Assembly (NCBI RefSeq): GCF_000009045.1
Contig: NC_000964.3
Location: forward strand, 3,162,001 to 3,226,000
Reading direction: 5' to 3'
Length of the DNA: 64,000 nt
DNA from: Bacillus subtilis subsp. subtilis str. 168
GTDB lineage: Bacteria > Bacillota > Bacilli > Bacillales > Bacillaceae
Made by a program: the position numbers and the translations under genes. Positions 11,820 through 25,502 of the stretch are shown in pieces; positions within the stretch are counted from its first letter, which is position 1, and the number at the start of each line of letters is the position of its first letter. The notes beneath the pieces are model-generated. The model did no database searches. It saw only the letters and a list, made by a program, of their open reading frames with translations, and was not told where the DNA came from.

Positions 11820-11935
11820 GCTTGGCGGCGTCCTACTCTCACAGGGGGAAACCCCCGACTACCATCGGCGCTGAAGAGCTTAACTTCCGTGTTCGGTATG
11901 GGAACGGGTGTGACCTCTTCGCTATCGCCACCAAA
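11820..11935 (-). rRNA. 5S rRNA
   Basis: TTTGGTGGCGATAGCGAAGAGGTCACACCCG...GGACGCCGCCAAGC. Confidence 0.97.
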
Positions 11936-11991
11936 CAAATTGAGAGTGTTCTCTCAAAACTAGATAACAGGTGTGACATCATTCAAAAATA

Positions 11992-14918
<2,927 letters not shown>

Positions 14919-14983
14919 GTTAAAAAGAATCACTATGTGATATCTTGTGTTACTAATTGAATGTGATGTCTACTGTTATCTAG

Positions 14984-14995
14984 TTTTCAAAGAAC
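14984..14995 (-). promoter_or_regulatory. Spacer boxA antitermination element
   Basis: GTTCTTTGAAAA in the tRNA-less 16S-23S spacer. Confidence 0.7.
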
Positions 14996-15078
14996 ACGTT
15001 TCGAAGGAATGATCCTTCAAAACTAAACAAGACAGGGAACGTTCTGTTTATAAGACCTTGGGTCTTATATTCCGTATA

Positions 15079-16639
<1,561 letters not shown>

Positions 16640-16778
16640 TGGATCACAGGTTAAGTTCACCGCATCCTGCGGCGACACCTGTGTGACCTGCGTCGTGCAG
16701 GCCCTAGTTTGACTGACTACGCACATCGCAGTGCGATTTTTAAAAACTGAATTAACAGGTACGTTTTGTCTTGTTTAG

Positions 16779-16790
16779 TTTTCAAAGATC
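16779..16790 (-). promoter_or_regulatory. Leader boxA
   Basis: GATCTTTGAAAA, followed by the processing-stalk strand complementary to the 16S 3' spacer. Confidence 0.7.
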
Positions 16791-16822
16791 ATTTCGTTAC
16801 TTCTCAATGAAGCAGCTTTACT

Positions 16823-16851
16823 AATATAACATTCAGCTTCTTTTTTGTCAA
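16823..16851 (-). promoter_or_regulatory. rrn promoter P2 (sigmaA)
   Basis: TTGACA-17-TATATT. Confidence 0.85.
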
Positions 16852-16915
16852 CAACTTTTTTCAAGTTGTTTTGAAGCATCTAGTTTGTGTCCGCTGTGCA
16901 TCAGCGACGTTTAAT

Positions 16916-16944
16916 AATATAACACCTGTATTTATTTATTGCAA
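16916..16944 (-). promoter_or_regulatory. rrn promoter P1 (sigmaA)
   Basis: TTGCAA-17-TATATT with an upstream A/T-rich UP element. Confidence 0.8.
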
Positions 16945-17107
16945 TAGTTTTTTAAAAAAAATCTATAAAACAAATAAACTATAATCCTCGCCATGATTTC
17001 TAAAGCGTGTGTATCATATAAGTTTCTTAAAAGAACATATACATCAGTCATGTGATCTTGTTGTTTTTTTCGTTTTCTTGTATAGTAGAAACGAACTAAA
17101 TACTGAT

Positions 17108-17196
17108 GACCACAAGGGGAGCATTAAAGCTGAGAGTGAGCGGTTTCGTTCTGACCCTTTGAACCTGTTAGTTAACGCTGGCGTAGGGATGTGGCA
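17108..17196 (+). ncRNA. TPP riboswitch aptamer
   Basis: CCACAAGGGG...GCTGAGA...ACCCTTTGAACCTG...GCGTAGGGATGTGG, upstream of a thiamine transporter. Confidence 0.88.
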
Positions 17197-17220
17197 AAGT
17201 CAAATGAATTGCAGATCGTA

Positions 17221-17266
17221 AAGCAGTGCGTGGAACTTTTCTCATCCTTCCGCGTGCTGCTTTTTT
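17221..17266 (+). terminator. Riboswitch expression-platform terminator
   Basis: AAGCAGTGCGTGGAA...TTCCGCGTGCTGC-T6, 40 nt before the thiT start. Confidence 0.75.
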
Positions 17267-17305
17267 GTTGTCCTTTTGGTTGTCTGTCAATGGAAGGAGA
17301 TAGAT

Positions 17306-17884
17306 ATGAATCAATCTAAGCAACTGGTTCGCCTTATTGAAATTGCCATTATGACAGCGGCAGCCGTTATTTTAGACATTGTCTCAGGAATGTTTCTTAG
17401 CATGCCTCAAGGAGGCTCGGTCTCCATCATGATGATTCCGATCTTTTTAATTTCGTTTCGCTGGGGTGTCAAAGCAGGTCTTACTACAGGTTTGTTGACA
17501 GGTCTAGTACAAATAGCAATCGGAAACTTGTTTGCTCAACATCCTGTACAGCTATTGTTAGATTACATTGTCGCTTTCGCAGCAATCGGCATAAGCGGCT
17601 GTTTCGCTTCTTCTGTCCGTAAAGCCGCTGTATCAAAAACAAAAGGGAAATTGATTGTTTCAGTGGTCAGCGCAGTTTTTATCGGCAGTTTGCTGCGCTA
17701 TGCCGCGCATGTCATTTCAGGAGCTGTGTTTTTCGGCAGCTTTGCTCCAAAAGGAACACCGGTATGGATTTATTCTTTAACTTATAATGCGACTTACATG
17801 GTTCCTTCATTCATTATTTGTGCAATTGTCCTATGTTTATTATTTATGACAGCACCCCGTCTGCTTAAAAGTGACAAAGCGTAA
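17306..17884 (+). CDS. thiT: ECF S-component thiamine transporter ThiT
   Basis: MPQGGSVS, QLLLDY and YNATY motifs; SD GGAAGGAG before ATG 17306; TPP riboswitch upstream. Confidence 0.93.
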   Translation: MNQSKQLVRLIEIAIMTAAAVILDIVSGMFLSMPQGGSVSIMMIPIFLISFRWGVKAGLTTGLLTGLVQIAIGNLFAQHPVQLLLDYIVAFAAIGISGCFASSVRKAAVSKTKGKLIVSVVSAVFIGSLLRYAAHVISGAVFFGSFAPKGTPVWIYSLTYNATYMVPSFIICAIVLCLLFMTAPRLLKSDKA

Positions 17885-17891
17885 AAGTAAC

Positions 17892-17923
17892 AATCCCCCA
17901 GCGAATTCCGCTGGGGGATTTTT
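17892..17923. terminator. Terminator between thiT and yuaI
   Basis: AATCCCCCAGCG-aattc-CGCTGGGGGATT-TTT. Confidence 0.85.
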
Positions 17924-17925
17924 CG

Positions 17926-18447
17926 TTATCTGTTAAGAAGTGTTTTTAAAGCTGAAAGATCCGGCCAGCCAAGACCTACTTCTTTCAGCCTTACTCCGGC
18001 AATTTCAAAGTTGTCCTCCGCTACTCTTTCAGGTGAATAGGCCTGATAAAATATAATCGAGGGATTCTGCTCAATAACCCAAACAAACATACTTGAAAAA
18101 CCATGTTGAAGCAAAAACTCCGCTCCTTTTGCTAAGAGCGCCCTGCCTGCACCTTGCCGCTGGCGCTCTTCCAGAAGATAAATAGCGTATAACTCGCCGT
18201 CATAGCCTTCTTGTTCAGAGCGAATAGGTCCAAATGAAGCAAAGCCGAATACTGAACCCTTTTCGTCCTGAGCAACAAATACTCCCTTTAACGAGCGACT
18301 TTTCCATTTGTCTTCAAATTCCTTATAGTTCAGGCTGTTTAAATAATCAATCGGGATAATTTCGTGGTATGTTGTCCTCCAGCTGTCTACATGCACTTTT
18401 GCAATGTCCTTTATATCCTCTAACTTCGCTTCACGTACAGTTACCAT
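17926..18447 (-). CDS. yuaI: GNAT acetyltransferase
   Basis: ELYAIYL..ERQRQGAGRAL acetyl-CoA motif. Confidence 0.88.
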   Translation of the reverse strand: MVTVREAKLEDIKDIAKVHVDSWRTTYHEIIPIDYLNSLNYKEFEDKWKSRSLKGVFVAQDEKGSVFGFASFGPIRSEQEGYDGELYAIYLLEERQRQGAGRALLAKGAEFLLQHGFSSMFVWVIEQNPSIIFYQAYSPERVAEDNFEIAGVRLKEVGLGWPDLSALKTLLNR

Positions 18448-18464
18448 ACGGTTCTGCCCTTTCC

Positions 18465-19994
18465 TTACTCTGATTTTTGGATCGTTTTGGCTTCTTTGAT
18501 TTCATTTGTTAATTCATTAATGCTTTGTTTTACGTTTCCTTTTCCTGAAAAGTTCTCAAGCATTTCTTTTACATCAATTCCTGAGGATGCTTTTAAACTT
18601 TCTTGCAGACTTGACATTAAGTTCGTCGCATAGCTGGTTACTTTGTTTGCTCCGCTTGATTCACCGCTTCCTCCTGTATCGACAACGGTGATTTTATCAA
18701 TATTTGAAAGAGGTGCCGCTGCTTGTTTCGCGTATTCCGGAAGCATTTTGACAATCATATCGAAAATCGCCGCCTGCCCGTACTGTTCAAAGGCGGCCGC
18801 AATTTTCTCTTTTGCTTCCGCTTCTGCAAGACCTTTCAGGCGGATAACCTCTGCTTCTGTCTCTCCTTTCGCTTTTTCCGCTTCTGCTTTTGCTAGCCCG
18901 TCAATTCTTACTTTTTCCGCCTCAGCCTTTGCCATTGCTTCAATACTGTACTTCTTGGCATCGGCTTCCGCGAGCTGTTTGGCTTTCTCAGCTGCTGCGG
19001 ACTGCTCAACAGAATAACGGTCTGCATCGGCTTTTTTCTTTACCTCTGAGTCGTATTGACGTTCACGGCGAAGAATTTCTTTTTCTTCTAGTTCTATTTG
19101 TTTTTGGCGTTCGATAATTTTAACCTGCATTTCCTGCTCTGTGACTTGCTGGCGCGCTCGGGCAGTCTCTAAATCATATGCTTGGTCGGCATTCGCTTTT
19201 GCCGTATCTTGTTCTCTGCGGAATTCAGCCATTTTGAGCTGATTGATTTTTTCAGCTTCAGCGATTTCCGTCGCCCGTTCAAGTTCTGATTTTTTTGCGT
19301 CTTTATCGGCTTCTGCCCGCTTAATTCGGGTTTCTTTATCAGCCTCTGCTGTTGCGATATCAGCATCGCGTTTTACTTGGGCAATTCTCGGTTTCCCTAA
19401 TGATTCAAGATAACCGTTTTTATCACGAACATCTTTAATGGTAAACGAGACGATTACAAGTCCCATTTTCGCGAGATCCTGTGAAGCGACACGCTGCACC
19501 TCTTGAGAGAATTTTTCTCTGTTTTTATAGATTTCTTCTACTGTCATTGAGCCGAGAATGGAACGAAGGTGGCCTTCTAAAACCTCCCGCGCTTCCTGCT
19601 CACGGTCGTCTTTTGATTTCCCTAAAAATTGTTCGGCCGCTGTAGCGATTTCTCCTATAGAACCGCCGATTTTAATAATCGCAGTTCCATCGGCCATTAC
19701 TGGCACTCCTTGTTCTGTATAGACTTCAGGTGTCGAAACATCGAGTTTGCTTGATAATAGGCTTAGCGGCTCTGCCTGCTGGAAGACGGGAAGGACAAAG
19801 GTTCCTCCGCCGCGGACGATTTTAATACGGTTGCCGCCTTCATCGACATGAACATTTTTATTACCCAGATAGCTCCCTGTTACAATTAACGCTTCATCAG
19901 GCCCTGCTGTACGATACTTCGTAATAAACACAGCTATTAGTGCAATTAATAAAAAGAATACAACTCCGATGATCATTATAATCGGCATTGTCAT
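18465..19994 (-). CDS. floT: Flotillin-like protein FloT
   Basis: N-terminal hydrophobic segment, SPFH domain, AEA-rich coiled coil. Confidence 0.95.
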   Translation of the reverse strand: MTMPIIMIIGVVFFLLIALIAVFITKYRTAGPDEALIVTGSYLGNKNVHVDEGGNRIKIVRGGGTFVLPVFQQAEPLSLLSSKLDVSTPEVYTEQGVPVMADGTAIIKIGGSIGEIATAAEQFLGKSKDDREQEAREVLEGHLRSILGSMTVEEIYKNREKFSQEVQRVASQDLAKMGLVIVSFTIKDVRDKNGYLESLGKPRIAQVKRDADIATAEADKETRIKRAEADKDAKKSELERATEIAEAEKINQLKMAEFRREQDTAKANADQAYDLETARARQQVTEQEMQVKIIERQKQIELEEKEILRRERQYDSEVKKKADADRYSVEQSAAAEKAKQLAEADAKKYSIEAMAKAEAEKVRIDGLAKAEAEKAKGETEAEVIRLKGLAEAEAKEKIAAAFEQYGQAAIFDMIVKMLPEYAKQAAAPLSNIDKITVVDTGGSGESSGANKVTSYATNLMSSLQESLKASSGIDVKEMLENFSGKGNVKQSINELTNEIKEAKTIQKSE

Positions 19995-20014
19995 ATCAAA
20001 TTCCTCCTTTTATG

Positions 20015-20539
20015 TTAAATGGGTTCATGCGGAGTAACCGAAAGAACTCCGTTGTTAATATCTACGACTAACACCGTTGTCCCGTAACTGATCTGCTGAT
20101 TATCAAAACTGACCGCTGACTTTGAAATGGTCCCGCCTATCCCTTCTATGACCACTTCACCAAACCCGTCAACCGGCACAGCTGTAATCACTTTACCGAG
20201 TCTTCCTCTGAGATCATCTTCTCTATATGCCAATGATTCTTCTGCAGATGATAATGGCACCAGTACAAAGATGTGAAGCAATACCACCAGCATGATCGAA
20301 AGGATGCAAGATAAAAGCGCAATCAGCAAGCTTGACAGAGGCAATACAAGTTCACCTATATATCCGCCCGCTGAAAAACATGTAAAAAATGAGAGCACTA
20401 ATGTCGGATTAAGAAACGGAATGCCTTCTGACAGCCCTGAAAATACATCTCCGAAAAACAGGAATAACAGCGTAAGGCTGCCCGCAATAATAAGCGTATA
20501 AAGATACATTGTTTGTATAGGTACTCCAAATAACTCCAA
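20015..20539 (-). CDS. yuaF: NfeD-like membrane protein
   Basis: TTG start at 20539 after SD GGATGAGG; three TM segments plus an NfeD C-terminal OB-like domain. Confidence 0.88.
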   Translation of the reverse strand: MELFGVPIQTMYLYTLIIAGSLTLLFLFFGDVFSGLSEGIPFLNPTLVLSFFTCFSAGGYIGELVLPLSSLLIALLSCILSIMLVVLLHIFVLVPLSSAEESLAYREDDLRGRLGKVITAVPVDGFGEVVIEGIGGTISKSAVSFDNQQISYGTTVLVVDINNGVLSVTPHEPI

Positions 20540-20592
20540 CTTCCTCATCCTTTCTTCATCAATGCATTGATGAACGGCTGCCGTTACCATTT

Positions 20593-20619
20593 ATACGAGA
20601 CACCTCGGGAAAAGTTTCA
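20593..20619 (-). promoter_or_regulatory. sigmaW (ECF) promoter of yuaF-floT-yuaI
   Basis: TGAAAC(20619-14)-N16-CGTAT(20597-93). Confidence 0.88.
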
Positions 20620-20706
20620 AAATTTTAAGACAAATAACCCATTTGAAGTGCTTTATAAATGATAATTGCTTATATATATGGTAATGTCATTTTAGGAGGA
20701 GATATG

Positions 20707-21195
20707 ATGAGTATCTTTAATGAAGCCAGATTAGAAACGTGGAACGAATTGAAAGGACTTTCTGACGAAAAGCTGAATCAAAAGCCTTCTGCTGAAGAAT
20801 GGAGCATACGGGAAGTTCTTGACCATTTGAAAAAAATCGATATGACCGCACAAAAAATGTTGAAGGAACGTGTAAAGGACGCTCCGATTAAAGAAATTGA
20901 AGAAAAACCGCTTGAAGTAGCACAGGACAGAAATAATAAACGGAAAGCCCCGAGTCATCTTGAGCCTGCGCATGATTTTATTTCAGGCAGCCAAATGAAA
21001 CGTGAGCTTGATGTGGTAAGAGAGCAGCTGACTGCTGCGATTGCCTCTCTGAAAGAAGAAGATTTTGAAAGAGTGCTTCCGCATCCTGTGTTTCAAGAGC
21101 TGACTGTCAGACAGTGGATCGATTTTATCGGCCATCATGAAAAACGGCACCTCAGCCAAATGAAAGAAATTAAAGAAAAGATAGAAAGGGCCTGA
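20707..21195 (+). CDS. yuaE: DinB/YfiT-family protein (putative bacillithiol transferase)
   Basis: WSIREVLDHL and GHHEKRHL metal-His motifs; SD AGGAGG at 20694-99. Confidence 0.85.
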   Translation: MSIFNEARLETWNELKGLSDEKLNQKPSAEEWSIREVLDHLKKIDMTAQKMLKERVKDAPIKEIEEKPLEVAQDRNNKRKAPSHLEPAHDFISGSQMKRELDVVREQLTAAIASLKEEDFERVLPHPVFQELTVRQWIDFIGHHEKRHLSQMKEIKEKIERA

Positions 21196-21200
21196 TTTAA

Positions 21201-21779
21201 TCAGACCCTTTCTGCTTTTCGTTTGACTTTTCGCTGATAGGAATGAACTTCTATTTCATCACCTGTGTAAACAGCACCAGGTCTCTCCACAATACAGACA
21301 ATCCCTCTAATGCCCAGTGCGTGGCGGACGAAAGCCGACGCCAGCTTCGGTTGGTCCGGATAATAAGACTGAATGACTTCTCCCGGCTGGATACACGGAT
21401 CATTTTCGCCCTCACACAGCAGAGCCGCTCCGCTCGGAAAAATAATCCGGCTTCCTTCTTTTAATGAAGTAAGATCTGGCATACCGCTGACTGCCACATT
21501 CGCCCCGAGCCATTCCGGCAAAATTCTCGGCACTCCCATTTTTAAAGCGATTTCGTTGCATTCCTCTATTGAAACAATTGAAATTTGTCTGCGGTTGAAA
21601 ATTTCAGTCCCTCTTGAAAACATTGGTTCTCTGGCTCCCGCTTTTTTGGTCAGGCCAAAATGCAAGTCGCCGGGGATGCCGCCATAATCAAAATCAAGCT
21701 TGTCCATTTGCTTTGTTACGAAGCTTTTTGTATCTGCGATATATAAGCCTTCCGCTTTTGCAGTCATACGCTTCCACAT
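21201..21779 (-). CDS. yuaD: MOSC-domain protein
   Basis: GIPGDLH, NRRQISIV, PCIQPG, RGIVCIVERPG. Confidence 0.85.
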   Translation of the reverse strand: MWKRMTAKAEGLYIADTKSFVTKQMDKLDFDYGGIPGDLHFGLTKKAGAREPMFSRGTEIFNRRQISIVSIEECNEIALKMGVPRILPEWLGANVAVSGMPDLTSLKEGSRIIFPSGAALLCEGENDPCIQPGEVIQSYYPDQPKLASAFVRHALGIRGIVCIVERPGAVYTGDEIEVHSYQRKVKRKAERV

Positions 21780-21831
21780 CAGCTGGCACCTTCCTTCTTA
21801 TCTAAAATTTCCACCTATGCTTCATTATCCC

Positions 21832-21864
21832 AAAAAATCCCGCTCTGTAAAGGAGCGGGATTTT
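21832..21864 (-). terminator. gbsAB terminator
   Basis: AATCCCGCTC-n6-GAGCGGGATT with flanking A/T runs. Confidence 0.85.
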
Positions 21865-21866
21865 GA

Positions 21867-23075
21867 TTATACCGTTTTAGGCGTAAGGTTAAAGCAGCGT
21901 TTGTAGATCCAGTTGTATGCTTTTTCATTTAAATCTCTAGGGTTTCCGAAGGTTTGCGGATCTTTCATTGCTTCTTTAGACAAGCGTTCGATCATATCAG
22001 GTGATACTCCCTGCTCTTCTAAAGTCGGCACTTCTAAATCTTCGACCAGATCATACATCCAATTGACAGATGCTTTCGCAGCTTCTTCTGTTGTCATCTT
22101 GCTTGTATCAATACCGAACGCTTTCGCAATACGCGCAAACTTCTCAGGATAGCCCTTCCAGTTGTATTCCATGACAGGGCCCATCATCGCCGCTACACAT
22201 TGGCCGTGAGCGACTGGGATAATACCGCCAAGCGTTTGGCTCATCGCATGAGCAGCGCCCGCTGATTCACTTCCGTAAGAAAGACCGGCAAGCATCGCAG
22301 CCTGCGCCATTCCGTACCTTGCTTCCAGATCCTCTCCATCAGCAAATGCCCTCTTGATGTAATGAGCGGCATACTCAATCGCCATTAAGGCAACCGCATC
22401 CGTGATTGGCTGTGCAAATTTCATTGTATAGCACTCAATGGCATGGGCGAGCGCATCAATTCCCGTCATAGCTGTTACATGCGGAGGCATTGAAACATGA
22501 AGCTCAGGATCAATGATTGTCAAGTGCGCTGCAATCAGCGGACCGCCCGTGTTGAATTTGAATTCTCTTTCTTCATCTGTGATAACCGCCCATTGGGTTA
22601 CTTCTGATCCGGTTCCAGCTGTAGTGGGAATTGTCGTCAGCGGAGGAATGCGGTTTTCCAGCGGTTTTTTCCCATCTGCCGCTTCATAATCAAGCACGCT
22701 TCCTTCGTGAGTCGCTTCTACTCCGATTGCTTTTGCTGTATCCATGGAGCTTCCGCCTCCGACTGCCACCAAACCATTACAGTTCTCTTTTTTGTAAAGC
22801 TCAGATCCTTCATTCACCAGACGGACAGGCGGGTTTGGCTCAACTTTATTAAAGAGTACCACTTCAATGCCTGCTTCTTTAAGTGATTCGATTACGGGAT
22901 CAGCAACACCGGCTTTATAAATCCCAGGGTCTGTGACAAGGAGCGCTTTTGAAACGCCCAGTGCAGCTACTTCCTCACCCGTATGCTTGATGGCTCCGAT
23001 TCCATGCTTAATCACAGTCGGAATTTCAAATGTGTGGAATTTCTGCATGCTTTCTACCTTCATATTTAATGTCAT
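21867..23075 (-). CDS. gbsB: Choline dehydrogenase (iron-containing ADH family)
   Basis: GGGSSMD, PTTAGTGSE and His metal ligands; start MTLNM after SD GAGGGGGAG. Confidence 0.93.
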   Translation of the reverse strand: MTLNMKVESMQKFHTFEIPTVIKHGIGAIKHTGEEVAALGVSKALLVTDPGIYKAGVADPVIESLKEAGIEVVLFNKVEPNPPVRLVNEGSELYKKENCNGLVAVGGGSSMDTAKAIGVEATHEGSVLDYEAADGKKPLENRIPPLTTIPTTAGTGSEVTQWAVITDEEREFKFNTGGPLIAAHLTIIDPELHVSMPPHVTAMTGIDALAHAIECYTMKFAQPITDAVALMAIEYAAHYIKRAFADGEDLEARYGMAQAAMLAGLSYGSESAGAAHAMSQTLGGIIPVAHGQCVAAMMGPVMEYNWKGYPEKFARIAKAFGIDTSKMTTEEAAKASVNWMYDLVEDLEVPTLEEQGVSPDMIERLSKEAMKDPQTFGNPRDLNEKAYNWIYKRCFNLTPKTV

Positions 23076-23091
23076 CATCAATCTCCCCCTC

Positions 23092-24564
23092 TTATGAATT
23101 AAACCAGTTAACCGCTGCCGGTTTTGTATTGCGGTATACATGTTTGACTTCTGTGTATTCTTCAAGGCCTATTTTTCCAAGCTCGCGTCCGAACCCGGAT
23201 TGCTTATATCCGCCCCATGGCGCTTGTGCAAAGTACGGATGAAAATCGTTGATCCAAACGGTTCCCATTCTCAAGCGGGCTGCTACCCGTTCGCACTTTT
23301 CAATGTCTTTTGACCATACCGCTCCAGCCAAGCCATAGATGGTATCATTCGCAAGCTCGATTACCTCTTCTTCAGAGCTGAAGGTTTCGACTGTCAATAC
23401 AGGACCGAAAACCTCTTCCTGAACGATTCTCATGTCAGAATTACAGTTTGAGAAAATAGTAGGTTCATAGAAAAAGCCGTTTTGAAGCTCAGGATCTTCC
23501 GGGCGTTTGCCTCCTGTCTCCAGCTTCGCGCCTTCCTCTATTCCGATCTCTACATATTTTTCTACCTTTGCCCTGTGCTCCGCCGAAATAAGCGGACCGC
23601 TTTCTGTCTCAGCATGAAAACCGTTTCCGAGTTTTATGCGTTTTGCCCGTTTGACCAGCTCCGCCAAAAATTGATCATGAATGGCATCCTCAACAAGCAA
23701 GCGGGAACCTGCAGAGCATACTTGGCCGGCGTGGAAAAATACAGCGTTTAAGGCCTGATCAACCGCAACTTCTAAATCCGCGTCCTTGAAAACAATATTT
23801 GGGTTTTTCCCGCCAAGTTCAAGGGCGATTTTTTTGACGTTTCCGCTTGCCGCCCGCATGATTTTTTTGCCTGTTTCAATTCCGCCCGTAAATGAAATCA
23901 AATCGACGTCTTTGTTTACGGCAAGCTCGTCGCCCACTGTGGCTCCCGGTCCAAGAACAAGATTTGCGACACCTTTTGGAACACCGGCTTCTTCCATCAG
24001 CTTAAAGACTTTGATTGTCGTCAGCGGCGTAATCTCACTCGGCTTCATGACGATTGTGTTTCCTGCGGCCAGTGCAGGGGCGATTTTCCAGCTCGCTTGA
24101 AGGAGCGGATAATTCCATGGAGTGATCTGGCCGCAAACCCCGATTGGCTCCCTAATAATTTTGCTTTCTGAATCAGGAATCGGAGATGAAATGATCTCTC
24201 CGCCATCTTTGTCTGCCAAGCCGGCGTAATATTGAAAAACATTGGCGATATCGTCCATATCGGCCTTGCTTTCTTCGAGTGTTTTTCCTGTATCAAGAGA
24301 TTCAAGCTCAGCCAGCTCCTCAAGATCGCGTCTGATTAATTCCGCAATTTTCAGAACAATTTTTCCGCGTTCAAGCCCGGATAGCGATGACCATTCTCCT
24401 TTGTCAAATGCTCTACGTGCGGCTGCGATTGCTTTGATGGCGTCCTCTCGCCCTCCCTCGCTTACAGTTGCAATTTCTTCTTGATTAAATGGGTTGATAA
24501 TACTGCGGATCTGTTCTTTTTCGGCACTGATCCATTCTCCGTCAATGAATAATGTTTGACTCAT
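23092..24564 (-). CDS. gbsA: Betaine aldehyde dehydrogenase
   Basis: ALDH motifs PWNYP, FTGG, LELGGKNP, GQVCSAG, EEVFGP; start MSQTL. Confidence 0.95.
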   Translation of the reverse strand: MSQTLFIDGEWISAEKEQIRSIINPFNQEEIATVSEGGREDAIKAIAAARRAFDKGEWSSLSGLERGKIVLKIAELIRRDLEELAELESLDTGKTLEESKADMDDIANVFQYYAGLADKDGGEIISSPIPDSESKIIREPIGVCGQITPWNYPLLQASWKIAPALAAGNTIVMKPSEITPLTTIKVFKLMEEAGVPKGVANLVLGPGATVGDELAVNKDVDLISFTGGIETGKKIMRAASGNVKKIALELGGKNPNIVFKDADLEVAVDQALNAVFFHAGQVCSAGSRLLVEDAIHDQFLAELVKRAKRIKLGNGFHAETESGPLISAEHRAKVEKYVEIGIEEGAKLETGGKRPEDPELQNGFFYEPTIFSNCNSDMRIVQEEVFGPVLTVETFSSEEEVIELANDTIYGLAGAVWSKDIEKCERVAARLRMGTVWINDFHPYFAQAPWGGYKQSGFGRELGKIGLEEYTEVKHVYRNTKPAAVNWFNS

Positions 24565-24593
24565 ATAAGCCTCCTTGACGTAAATAAAGTTTG

Positions 24594-24609
24594 TTAAATA
24601 AAAATTTAA
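24594..24609. promoter_or_regulatory. GbsR-type operator
   Basis: Perfect inverted repeat TTAAAT-N4-ATTTAA between the gbsA promoter and its RBS. Confidence 0.75.
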
Positions 24610-24625
24610 TGTTTTTAACAACCTT

Positions 24626-24654
24626 AATCTAACATATGGTTTTTAAACTGTCAA
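24626..24654 (-). promoter_or_regulatory. sigmaA promoter of gbsAB
   Basis: TTGACA-17-TAGATT with extended TG. Confidence 0.75.
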
Positions 24655-24762
24655 AGTCCCATTTTGATTTTTCTTTTTGACTTTTCCTCATGTTTCGTTA
24701 AGATAAAGAACATAAAGAAATAACTTAACGAATTTAATTTTCTAAAGGAAAAGAGGGTCAGT

Positions 24763-25305
24763 ATGGATGAAAATCCAGAATTTGCAGCTATAGAACAGGC
24801 TCGGGATCTTGTTATTGACTCCATTGCTGAAACGATGGATCTTTACGGAATTACCCGCAGTGTCGGGATTTTATATGGGACGATGTATATGAGGGATGAG
24901 ATGACGCTTGACGAAATGCGTGAGGAGTTGCAAATGAGCAAACCAAGCATGAGCACTGGCGTCAAAAAGCTTCAAGACTTAAATGTAGTGAAAAAAACAT
25001 TTCACCGGGGCATCCGCAAGCATACATTTGTGGCTGAGAAGGATTTCTTTAAATTTTTCACAAATTTCTTTCCACCTAAATGGGAGCGGGAGGTTCAAGT
25101 GAATGTAACAGCGATCGAGGAAGCTCAAGCTGATTTACAAAAGGTTTTATGCAAGGAAGATCTCGATGAGGATATCAAAAATGAAGCACTGCAGTTATAT
25201 GATCAGCTGGAAAGCTCTAAAGCTTACTATGACTGGCTGAAACGGCTTGCTGAATCGGTGCAGACCGGAGAAATTTTTAAATTTATACCGGTCGAAACAA
25301 AGTAA
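24763..25305 (+). CDS. gbsR: Choline-sensing MarR-type repressor GbsR
   Basis: wHTH (MTLDEM..ELQMSKPSMSTGVKKL); aromatic-rich linker FFKFFTNFF; divergent from gbsAB. Confidence 0.92.
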   Translation: MDENPEFAAIEQARDLVIDSIAETMDLYGITRSVGILYGTMYMRDEMTLDEMREELQMSKPSMSTGVKKLQDLNVVKKTFHRGIRKHTFVAEKDFFKFFTNFFPPKWEREVQVNVTAIEEAQADLQKVLCKEDLDEDIKNEALQLYDQLESSKAYYDWLKRLAESVQTGEIFKFIPVETK

Positions 25306-25310
25306 AGCAG

Positions 25311-25339
25311 AAAACGCCTGGGAAACTAGGCGTTTTTTT
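25311..25339 (+). terminator. gbsR terminator
   Basis: AAAACGCCT...AGGCGTTTTTTT. Confidence 0.8.
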
Positions 25340-25502
25340 GATGTAACTACTACAAATTTGAAAAATACGGGAAAAACACCCCATTTACTTCCAAAATATT
25401 TGATGGTAATTTTATGTAGGTAAAATTTGTATTTGGCCTTTCAGAGGAGGTGAAAAGCGGGCAGGCCTGTTTAATTTATCATTTTTTAGGGGGAATTTTG
25501 TT

